Assembly (NCBI GenBank): GCA_965223945.1
Contig: CBDCXW010000001.1
Span: forward strand, 320,207 to 384,206
Source: Dehalococcoidia bacterium
GTDB lineage: Bacteria; Chloroflexota; Dehalococcoidia; Lucifugimonadales; CATQGZ01
DNA length: 64,000 nucleotides
Reading direction: 5' to 3'
Shown: one piece after another, positions 9,321 through 17,138 of the stretch
How positions within the stretch are numbered: position 1 is the stretch's first letter
Layout: each line of letters opens with the position of its first letter
Made by a program: the position numbers and the translations under genes
Notes under the pieces: generated by a model
Databases searched by the model: none
What the model saw: only the letters and a program-made list of their open reading frames with translations
Told to the model about the DNA's origin: nothing

Positions 9321-10463
9321 TCAACCCAACGAGCCTAGCACCTGGGCCACTCTTTGGGCGACGATTCGCTCTTCTCCGTCTTGCAGCGTGTGCGGCGAGA
9401 TGGTCAGGCCTTCCTCGTCGGCCCCCACCTTTATGCTGGTGCTGCCCTCGTAGAGGTCCTGAGCGGCCTCATCGGGGGTGATCGGTATGATCGAGGCCTC
9501 CCACCGGACCTGGGTAACGGGAATGCCCTCCGGCGTTACTCCGCTGCGTCCGGGCAGATAGGTGGGACCGACGACCTCTGTGTACGCTCGAACGCCGGGG
9601 ACGCGGGATATCTCCGAGGACATGTGGGCGCACCGCTCGTCCCAACTTGTCCGCTCCTCCCGCTGGACGCTCTCGGTCGCGTACAGTTCCAGGGCCTTGA
9701 CAAGGCCGACTATCTCCTCCTTCCCGACCTTGGTCGGACGTCCCACTCCATGGTTGGGACTGGCCTGGACTGCGCATGCCTCTATGAGGTCCTTGCGGCC
9801 AAGTACCAGGCCGGTGCACTGAGGCCCGCGGAGCCCCTTCCCGCCGCTGAAGATCGCCAGGTCCGCCCCCATATCGATGAAGCGGCGCAGAACCGGGTAC
9901 AGCGGGAACTCGGCCGCGGCGTCCACGATTACCGGAACTCCGCGCTCGTGGGCGGTCTCGATGACGTGCTCCAGCGGCACGTCGCCTGATGAGGCGTAAG
10001 CGAAGAAGTGGACCAAGGCCACAGTCTTCTCGCTGAAGGCGGCCTCCAGCTGCTCCAGGTCCGTCCCGTGTTCGTCCCCGACAGCCACAACCTTCCCGCC
10101 TGCAATCTCGATCATGTTGTCGTAGCCGCCGATCTGCGACGCCTGGACGATCACCTCGTCCTTCATGCCCCTGGTGTCGGGGAGCTGGAGCATCTTGTCG
10201 TGGTCGGTCCCCGCCATGCAGGCGGCCACCGAGATCGCTATCCCGGCCGCCGCGCCGGAGGTGATATAGGCAGCCTCTACGCCAGCCAACTCCGCGACTC
10301 GACTCCCTGCTTTCTCCAGCAGCTCGGGCAGCCAAACGTACGAGCGGCTGGCCTCGTCCATCGACGCGAGCACCTCCGGGCGCATAATCGAGCCGCCGGT
10401 CAGCGTGGCGTTGCCCCAGCCGTTGATGATCGTCCTGACTCCCAGGTCTTCATAGACTCCCAT
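9321..10463 (-). CDS. PLP-dependent SelA-like enzyme (DgaE / seryl-tRNA selenium transferase-related family)
   Basis: Motifs IINGWGNATLTGGS and FSGGKGLRGPQ (candidate PLP lysine). The likely start MGVYEDLG at 10463 has AGAGAGG 9 nt upstream; the track ORF extends to 10535. Confidence 0.7.
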   Translation of the reverse strand: MGVYEDLGVRTIINGWGNATLTGGSIMRPEVLASMDEASRSYVWLPELLEKAGSRVAELAGVEAAYITSGAAAGIAISVAACMAGTDHDKMLQLPDTRGMKDEVIVQASQIGGYDNMIEIAGGKVVAVGDEHGTDLEQLEAAFSEKTVALVHFFAYASSGDVPLEHVIETAHERGVPVIVDAAAEFPLYPVLRRFIDMGADLAIFSGGKGLRGPQCTGLVLGRKDLIEACAVQASPNHGVGRPTKVGKEEIVGLVKALELYATESVQREERTSWDERCAHMSSEISRVPGVRAYTEVVGPTYLPGRSGVTPEGIPVTQVRWEASIIPITPDEAAQDLYEGSTSIKVGADEEGLTISPHTLQDGEERIVAQRVAQVLGSLG

Positions 10464-10590
10464 GTATCGTGACCTCTCTGCTAAGTAGGTGCTGCTTTCT
10501 ATGGGCAAACCCTGTGGTTGCCTCTGTTTGCGCACCCCTATCCGGGCGCCCTCAAGGGAGCGCCCCTACCCGTCAAACTGATTCTCTGTG

Positions 10591-11625
10591 TTACCAGTGG
10601 ATTCTATACTTCAGTACCTGGTGGCCGCATTGGAAGTAGACGAGGCCTTCGTCTGCCTTGCTGACGGTGACCGCGTGATGTCGACCGCCCGCGTGGTCGA
10701 ACTGTCCCTCCGGCTCGCCTATCTCGCGGGCCAGAGCGTCCGCCTCCCCCGCGCCGACCTTCACCAGCAGCCTGCCCTCGCTGTCCAGCACCCACAGGAA
10801 CCGGTTCTCCGGCGTCGTGCCCCAGGTACCCAGCGGCTCGACGCCTACAACTCCTCGCATGGACGGAGGCATGTGGAAGCCCGCGACGTAGATGTTCTCA
10901 CGGCTGTCCAGACATATCTGGCGCGGCTGGAAGATCACGCCCTCGCCCACCGACCTCACGAAGCCGCCGTCCCTGTCGAACACCTGGACGCGGTCATTGT
11001 AGGTATCGGCGACGTATAGGAGGCCGCTGAGGGCACCGATGTCGATGCCGTAAGGCCCTTCGGGTCCAGCCACCACGGGAGTCTTCCCGGCAAACCGGCC
11101 GGGCACCGTTCCGTGCCCGCCGAACGAGAAGAGGAAGCGCCCTCTCTGGTCGAACTTGAGCATCCGGTTGTTGCCGCCCAGTACCGTGTGCGTATCCGTC
11201 ACGTAGATGAAGCCGTTCGAATCGACGGCCACACCGTCCAGGCCGGACATTTGCCCCGGGCCGTTGCCCTCGCTGCCGAACAGGAAGCGGAAGCATCCGT
11301 TCGAGTCGAACGCCTGGACACGAGAGTTCTGCGTATCGCCGACGTAGACGTTGTCGTGGTCGTCGACGGCCACACCCCGAATCATCCAGAACTGACCGGG
11401 CGCGGTGCCGCCCCTCGGCCGGCCGTTCCGTCCGACGGCTCCGATCTTGCGCAGCATCCGGCCTTCCGGGCTGAGCAGCTGTATCCTATAGTTAGTTTCG
11501 TCGCACACCCAGATGTTGCCGTCGCTGTCCGAGGCCAGGCCTTCGGGGTTGTGGAACTCTCCATCTCGCCAACCGCCCTCGTACGGTCCAAACGCGGCCA
11601 GCATCTCCACCCTCGGGCCGCTCAT
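10591..11625 (-). CDS. NHL-repeat beta-propeller protein, no signal peptide
   Basis: Repeated units of the type GxFxxPxGVAVDxxxNVYVxDxxNxRVQxF. The start ATG 11625 overlaps the upstream stop (ATGA at 11622-11625) and has AAGGAGG 7 nt upstream. Confidence 0.8.
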   Translation of the reverse strand: MSGPRVEMLAAFGPYEGGWRDGEFHNPEGLASDSDGNIWVCDETNYRIQLLSPEGRMLRKIGAVGRNGRPRGGTAPGQFWMIRGVAVDDHDNVYVGDTQNSRVQAFDSNGCFRFLFGSEGNGPGQMSGLDGVAVDSNGFIYVTDTHTVLGGNNRMLKFDQRGRFLFSFGGHGTVPGRFAGKTPVVAGPEGPYGIDIGALSGLLYVADTYNDRVQVFDRDGGFVRSVGEGVIFQPRQICLDSRENIYVAGFHMPPSMRGVVGVEPLGTWGTTPENRFLWVLDSEGRLLVKVGAGEADALAREIGEPEGQFDHAGGRHHAVTVSKADEGLVYFQCGHQVLKYRIHW

Positions 11626-12782
11626 CGTACTGCCTCCTTGCTTTCCCATTCGACCCTGAACGTGAATATCCTGTTTCCTCCCTGTACGTACACGATGCCG
11701 TCGTCTACTTTTCCGACCGCCAGGCCGTAGCCGTGCGAGTGAAGGTTGCCGTCCAGCTCGTGATCGAGGGAGTCGTGCGTCTCGGGTGTCCCCAGGCCGC
11801 CCAGCACGGTCCCGAATGGGCCGAACATGCCCCTAGTGTCCAGAATCCAGACCCAGCAGTACCCTGGCTCGACTCTCCACTTCATCGGATCGTTGATGTG
11901 GTGGGAGGAGACCGCCGGCTCGTGCCTGTGTACCCCTGAGACGTACAGCCTGTCCTGACTGTCCAGGTCGACCTGGCGCGGACGGTAGACGGTCCCGATC
12001 CCCAGAGCGGCGAGTGGCTTCTCCGACCCCTGGAAATAGTTGACTCGATCGTTGTCGCAGTCCGCGACGAAGATGTCACCGTAGCGGTTGTTGCGCTCCA
12101 GGAGCAGCTCTGTGCTGGTGTTGACCACTATGCCCGCCGGGCCAATCGGCCCCGGGCCGATTCCCGGCCCGAAGTCGAACCCGTACTGCCGTACGGGCAT
12201 GGCGCCGCCGAACTGGCCCGGCCCCGTGCCGTAGCTGCCGAACTGGCCTATATAGTCGCCGTCGGGGTCGAACCGCAGCACTCGATGGTTCCCACCTGTG
12301 GCCGTATGGGTGTCGCTTACGAGGACCTCGCCGTGATCGTCCACCGTAACGCCCATTGGCCCCTCACCGCCGAACTGGCCTTGTTCGATGCCCCAGGCAC
12401 CGAACACCGTGATCAGGTCGCCATCGGGCGAGAGCTTCTGCACTCGCGAGTTCTGCGTGTCCGCGACGTAGATGTTGTCCTCCCGATCGGTGCAGACGGC
12501 CTGAGGGCTGCGGAACTCTCCCTGGGCGGTTCCTGCTTGGGGAAGGTTATTGGAGTCCGTGCCGCCGACGACCCACAGGGTCTTGCCGTTGCCGTCCAGC
12601 TTCATTACTCGGTGGTTGCCCGTGTCGGCGACGATCACGTTACCCGAGTAGTCACAGGCTATGGCGGAGGGATTGTCGAACTCCGACTCGCCGGCGCCGC
12701 CCGCCTCGGAGCCCCAGGTGGCGAGGAGAGTGACATCCTTCACCTTGGGATTGGGTTCACCTGAACTGTACTGTCTGCTCAC
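11622..12782 (-). CDS. NHL-repeat beta-propeller protein, no signal peptide
   Basis: 386 aa. Examples of the repeats are FDNPSAIACDYSGNVIVADTGNHRVMKL, FRSPQAVCTDREDNIYVADTQNSRVQKL and GPMGVTVDDHGEVLVSDTH. GTG start with GGAGGGAG upstream. Confidence 0.8.
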   Translation of the reverse strand: MSRQYSSGEPNPKVKDVTLLATWGSEAGGAGESEFDNPSAIACDYSGNVIVADTGNHRVMKLDGNGKTLWVVGGTDSNNLPQAGTAQGEFRSPQAVCTDREDNIYVADTQNSRVQKLSPDGDLITVFGAWGIEQGQFGGEGPMGVTVDDHGEVLVSDTHTATGGNHRVLRFDPDGDYIGQFGSYGTGPGQFGGAMPVRQYGFDFGPGIGPGPIGPAGIVVNTSTELLLERNNRYGDIFVADCDNDRVNYFQGSEKPLAALGIGTVYRPRQVDLDSQDRLYVSGVHRHEPAVSSHHINDPMKWRVEPGYCWVWILDTRGMFGPFGTVLGGLGTPETHDSLDHELDGNLHSHGYGLAVGKVDDGIVYVQGGNRIFTFRVEWESKEAVR

Positions 12783-12874
12783 CTTGTATTACTCCCTCCA
12801 AGCCAGCCTTCAGCCCGCTCTTCAGCTACGTTTCCGGAAGACAGGCGTCCCGATCGTCGATAAGGCAGCGATCA

Positions 12875-13768
12875 TCAGGTGGTGGCGCCTCGGAGGCGAG
12901 GGTCAAGTGCGTCCCGCACCCCGTCCCCCACCAAGTTGAGTCCCAGTATGGCGAGGGTAATGGCCATTCCTGGGAAGAAGACCAAGAACCACGGCGGCTG
13001 GAGCCGCGACGAGGCCTCGCCCAACATATTGCCCCAGGTTGGAGTGGGCGGCGGCACGCCAATGCCGAGAAAGCCCAGGAGCGCCTCCATAGCAATGGCT
13101 ATGCCGAGGTAGACCGTGAGAAGCACGATGAAGGAGGCAAAGCATTGAGGGGCTATGTGCTTCGCCATGATGCGCAGCGGCCTGGCGCCTATGGCACGGG
13201 CCGCCTCGACGTACGGCATCTCCTTCACTCCCATCGCCTGCGCCCGTATTATTCGCGTACCGTAGGATATCCTCGTAGCGGCGATTACGGCAATGACCGT
13301 CCATAGCCCCGCGCCGAATGCCGTGGCGAAGACCAGAGCCAGCAGGACGGGAGGGAACGACTGAAAGACCTCCACCACCCGTTGGCTGAGCAGGTCGAAC
13401 TTGCCCCCGATGTAGCCGGTCGCCACGCCCCACACGCTGCCCGCGGTCGTTCCAAGCAGCACGGACACGAACGCCACGAACAGAGAGATGCGGGTCCCTC
13501 TCATGATCCTGCTCAGGATATCTCTCCCGAGGAAGTCTGTTCCGAGCAGGTTGGCGGAGGTGGGCGCGCTCAGTCTGTTCGCCACCTCCGTCTTCTGGGG
13601 GTCTCTGGGCTCGATGAACGGGGTTGTGAGGCCTACGAAGATGAGAAGCGCGACGATGATTGCCCCCACCGCGGTAGGGGGGTGACGCCGGGCGAAGCCC
13701 CAGACCTGCCGGGGCCTGCGACGCAGGTCGGCGCGAAAGGCTTCCTGCCGGGCGGCCTGTTCCTTCAT
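12875..13768 (-). CDS. ABC transporter permease, DppC/OppC type
   Basis: Contains LLGTDFLGRDILSRIMRGTR and C-terminal GLNLVGDGVRDALDPR. The ATG at 13768 (MKEQAARQ) is preferred over the track's TTG at 13840. Confidence 0.85.
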   Translation of the reverse strand: MKEQAARQEAFRADLRRRPRQVWGFARRHPPTAVGAIIVALLIFVGLTTPFIEPRDPQKTEVANRLSAPTSANLLGTDFLGRDILSRIMRGTRISLFVAFVSVLLGTTAGSVWGVATGYIGGKFDLLSQRVVEVFQSFPPVLLALVFATAFGAGLWTVIAVIAATRISYGTRIIRAQAMGVKEMPYVEAARAIGARPLRIMAKHIAPQCFASFIVLLTVYLGIAIAMEALLGFLGIGVPPPTPTWGNMLGEASSRLQPPWFLVFFPGMAITLAILGLNLVGDGVRDALDPRLRGATT

Positions 13769-13849
13769 TCGATTCCCTTCGGTCCGACGACGTGCCTCTG
13801 GTATGCCTTCGCGGGGCTGTCCTCGCCAGCCGTATGGCAACGAGCACAG

Positions 13850-14806
13850 TTACGCATATCGTATCCTCGGGTCCAGCCAGGCGTAGCTGAGGTCGATGGC
13901 AAGGTTCACGATCACGAATATCAGGACGTACAGCAGGACGATGTTCTGGACGACCGGGATGTCCCGCTCCACTGCGGCGCGCAGCAACGTGACGCCCAGG
14001 CCTGGCACGCTGAAGGCCTGCTCGATGGCCACTGAGCCGCCGACCGCGGCTGCCAGTAGCACTCCGCTCAGGGTTACGACGGGCAGCAGGGAGTTGCGGA
14101 AGGCATGGCGCGCTATCACGATCCGCTCCGCGAGTCCCTTGGCCCTGGCCGTACGTACGTAGTCGTCCCTGAGCACCTCGAACAGGGACGAGCGCGACAA
14201 CCGGGCGATGAACGCCGACATTCCAAGCCCGATGATTATCCCGGGGCCGAACACCATCTGAAGGTTCTGCCAGGGGTCTTGCCATATCTGCATGGGCAGA
14301 ATCGGCGGGTGATAGTTGAGCCAGGTGATCGAGGTAACGATGATCATCGTACCAAGCCAGAATCCGGGCATGGCGAGGAAGAAGATAGAGAAGGTCCTTG
14401 CGCCGAAGTCTAGCCACGAATCGGGCCTTACCGCGCTGATGATGCCGATGGGCAGTCCCACGAGCAGGGCCACGACGATACCGAGTATCCCAATCTCGGC
14501 CGTTACCGGGCCGCGGCGAAAGACCATCTCAGACACGGCGTCGCCTCGCAGCATGCTCTCGCCCAGCGAGCCGGAGGCGATGTCCCTCATCCAGTTCGCG
14601 TATTGAACGACATAGGGGTCCGCCAGGCCCAGGTCTTCGATGTACCTGTTGCGGGTGGCCTCCGTCAGATTCTGGAACCCCTCCATACCGAAGACGATGG
14701 CCACGGGGTCTCCAGGAATGACCCGCATGACCAGGAAGATTATGACGGTGACACCAAAGACGGTCGGCACCGCCAGCAGAAGCCGTCTTCCGATGTATTT
14801 CTTCAA
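13850..14806 (-). CDS. ABC transporter permease, DppB/OppB type
   Basis: 318 aa. It begins MKKYIGRRLLLAVPTVFGVTVIIFLVMRVIPGDP and ends NLAIDLSYAWLDPRIRYA. Confidence 0.9.
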   Translation of the reverse strand: MKKYIGRRLLLAVPTVFGVTVIIFLVMRVIPGDPVAIVFGMEGFQNLTEATRNRYIEDLGLADPYVVQYANWMRDIASGSLGESMLRGDAVSEMVFRRGPVTAEIGILGIVVALLVGLPIGIISAVRPDSWLDFGARTFSIFFLAMPGFWLGTMIIVTSITWLNYHPPILPMQIWQDPWQNLQMVFGPGIIIGLGMSAFIARLSRSSLFEVLRDDYVRTARAKGLAERIVIARHAFRNSLLPVVTLSGVLLAAAVGGSVAIEQAFSVPGLGVTLLRAAVERDIPVVQNIVLLYVLIFVIVNLAIDLSYAWLDPRIRYA

Positions 14807-14932
14807 CCTACTTGTCCTGCGTCAGAAGCCACTGAACAGCCGGTGCCGACCTTCGACGCCAATTCGGCGTTCAGGCGAATGACAGAACCCACTTCTGTCT
14901 GTCACGAATACAGGCAGGACAGTGCAAGCCAC

Positions 14933-14969
14933 GACGGCCTCAGAGCGCTCCTAGCGCTCTGAGGCCGTC
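14933..14969 (-). promoter_or_regulatory. Intercistronic stem-loop between the SBP gene and the permease genes
   Basis: Perfect 17-nt inverted repeat GACGGCCTCAGAGCGCT / AGCGCTCTGAGGCCGTC separated by 3 nt. No U-tract follows on the minus strand. Confidence 0.6.
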
Positions 14970-14989
14970 GCTTCTCTCCCAGCGGCGAG

Positions 14990-16912
14990 CTACCTGTCCA
15001 GCCAGGCGTAGTCCCACTGGTACACGTCGTAGCCCGAAGTGCCACCATTCACTGGCATGCCTCGCAGATGGTTGTACCAGCCCCAGTGGTACTGCCCGTA
15101 GCCTATGAGGGTGAAGGGCCTCTCTCTGTCCAGTATCTCCGCAAGCTGGACGGACATCTCGATGCGCTTCTGCGGGTCGGCCTCTCTTTCGAACTTGACC
15201 AACAGCGCATTGAACTCATCGTTCACCCACTTGACCACGTTCCCGTCAGAGGGCGTACCGTCCTGCTTGGTGCTGTAGCACTTCCTGAAGTAGTCTGCCG
15301 GGTCTGGCACCGTCGGCTGACAGCCCGCGCCGGCGATGTCGAACTCGCCTCTCTGGACCGTCTCGAATATCTCCGCGACCTGGAAGATCTTGATATCGAG
15401 GTCGAGCCCGATCTCGGCAAGCTCCTCTTTCAACAGGGCCGCCTGCAGCTGGTCCGTCGTCGACTCCCTCGTGGGGTAGAGCAAGGGCTCCGGATACCCG
15501 TTCGCATAGCCAGCCTGCGCCATGAGCTTTTTCGCCTCGGCAATCGCTTCGTCCCTCCTGTTGGGGGCATAGCCGAGCTCCTGGAGGAGGAGCGCCCTGG
15601 GCTTAGCGTACGGAGTTCCGTCCGCGTACCACGAGCCGTACTGACTGGGATTGAACTCGTTCCCGATGGCGTGGTGGGCCTGCTTGTTGGTAGCGAGGTG
15701 CACGGCCTGGCGCACTCTGACGTCGCTGAACGGGGCCTTCTGCAGGTTGAAGCCAAGGACCTGGTTGGGAGCGCCAAAGCTCCACGTCAGGCCGCTCATG
15801 TTCGAGCGTTCGAGCACCCGCTTGTAGGTGTCGGGTGGGATGAACATCCCGAAGTCCACGAGCCCGCCCAGCAGAGCCGCGGATAGCTGAGTGCTGAACG
15901 CCCCCAGCCAGATCATCTCGATCTCGTTGACGTAGGGAGCATTGGGGTTCCAGTAGTCCGGGTTCTTCTCCAGGGACCAGCTCTCAGACGTCCTGTTGAG
16001 ATACTTGAACGGCCCGGTGCCCGGTGCGTCGTCGGCCTGCTTCAAATCGCCGTCATTGGCGTCCAGGGTCTCCCTCTGGTGAATGATGTTCCACCCGCTG
16101 GCGAACCCCTGCATCATGAATGCTTCGGCCCGGGGCTCGGAGAGCTCGAACGCGATGGTGTAGTCGTCCTCGACGTTGATATTGCTCACGACTCCGAAGG
16201 TGGCCTGCCTGTGGCTGACCAGCCCCTCCGGCGGGTTGATGATGCGGTTGTAGCTGGCCTCCACGTCTTCCGACGTGAAGTCTGTCCCGTCGTGCCACTT
16301 CACCCCTTCCCTCAGGAAGAAGGTGTAGATGCTTCCGTCCGCGGATATCTCCCAGCGGTGCGCGAGGTCCGGGATGACGGGAAGACGGCTCGCATCCCTC
16401 AGGTCGCGCCGCAGCAGGCGCTCGTACATGGTGCTCTGAGCGAAGGCGTTGGCTATGGTGACGGAGGCATACATGTCGAAGTGGGCCGGGGGGCCGTGGG
16501 CCGCCAGCTTCAGCTTGCCGCCGTACTTGGGAAAGGCGTCCAGGGTTCGGAAGAAGAACTGCTGCTCCCCTGCTGGGACGGGGGTAGCCACAACCACAAC
16601 CGTCTCGCCAGGTACCCGCACCTCCTTCACTACCTCCCTCTCCACCACAACCGTCTCGCCAGGTACCCGCACCTCCTTCACCACCTCCTTCTCCACCTCG
16701 ACGACCCTGTCCACCTCCACGGTCTTGACGACCTCTTTCTCCACCTCGACGATCTTCTCGACAGGAATCTCTTTGACAACCTCCCTCGTCACCACCTTCT
16801 CAACGGGGACCTCCTTCACCACCTCCCTTGTACAGGCCGCCAGGACGGTCACCGTGAGGATGAAAACCAACAGAGCCAGGAACTTTGCAGTACTTCCCAT
16901 TTTGCCCTCCAC
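14990..16912 (-). CDS. ABC transporter substrate-binding lipoprotein, family 5, with a long repetitive EVVKEV-type linker
   Basis: 640 aa with lipobox VLAAC. About 90 aa of V/E/K-rich repeats precede a DppA/OppA-like body. It lies upstream of two Dpp-type permeases. Confidence 0.85.
   Translation of the reverse strand: MEGKMGSTAKFLALLVFILTVTVLAACTREVVKEVPVEKVVTREVVKEIPVEKIVEVEKEVVKTVEVDRVVEVEKEVVKEVRVPGETVVVEREVVKEVRVPGETVVVVATPVPAGEQQFFFRTLDAFPKYGGKLKLAAHGPPAHFDMYASVTIANAFAQSTMYERLLRRDLRDASRLPVIPDLAHRWEISADGSIYTFFLREGVKWHDGTDFTSEDVEASYNRIINPPEGLVSHRQATFGVVSNINVEDDYTIAFELSEPRAEAFMMQGFASGWNIIHQRETLDANDGDLKQADDAPGTGPFKYLNRTSESWSLEKNPDYWNPNAPYVNEIEMIWLGAFSTQLSAALLGGLVDFGMFIPPDTYKRVLERSNMSGLTWSFGAPNQVLGFNLQKAPFSDVRVRQAVHLATNKQAHHAIGNEFNPSQYGSWYADGTPYAKPRALLLQELGYAPNRRDEAIAEAKKLMAQAGYANGYPEPLLYPTRESTTDQLQAALLKEELAEIGLDLDIKIFQVAEIFETVQRGEFDIAGAGCQPTVPDPADYFRKCYSTKQDGTPSDGNVVKWVNDEFNALLVKFEREADPQKRIEMSVQLAEILDRERPFTLIGYGQYHWGWYNHLRGMPVNGGTSGYDVYQWDYAWLDR
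16595..16696. repeat. 51-bp tandem duplication (x2, 3 mismatches) inside the SBP linker
   Basis: CACAACCGTCTCGCCAGGTACCCGCACCTCCTTCAC... occurs at 16595 and again at 16646. It encodes EVVKEVRVPGETVVV(E/V)(R/A) twice. Confidence 0.9.
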
Positions 16913-17075
16913 GTTGCACTGATTCGACGCTGATTAAGCGAGCCGGAACTCGTATCGGATGTTGGAATAAGGCGGCGTAGCACAAGCGCTCGGAGACATC
17001 GCCTGTCGCGTCGGTAATCGGTATCACAAGCGTGCCAGAGTGTCAAGCTGGACGAGATGACGCGGGCTGGGGACT

Positions 17076-17095
17076 GGATTCCGGCCTGCGCCGGA
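17076..17095. repeat. ATTCCGGC-N4-GCCGGAAT hairpin (interspersed family, copy 1 of 4)
   Basis: Read directly. Related copies lie at 22370-22389, 31059-31078 and 40666-40685, all intergenic or at gene ends. Confidence 0.75.
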
Positions 17096-17138
17096 ATTAC
17101 GGAGGTGGTGGATTTGGGGATCACGCGGGCCGGTGCGG

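Noticed and set aside
9321-10463. A bona fide selenocysteine synthase SelA, given selB in the window.
   Set aside because: The protein is about 380 aa and lacks the N-terminal tRNA-binding extension of true SelA. Its sequence pattern fits the SelA-like/DgaE group embedded in catabolic operons. The call needs confirmation by profile search.
12903-14417. The 504-aa minus-strand ORF overlapping both permease genes.
   Set aside because: It is an out-of-frame reading of the DppB/DppC-type genes. Its composition is Arg/Pro/Gly junk, while the alternative frames give canonical permease sequences.
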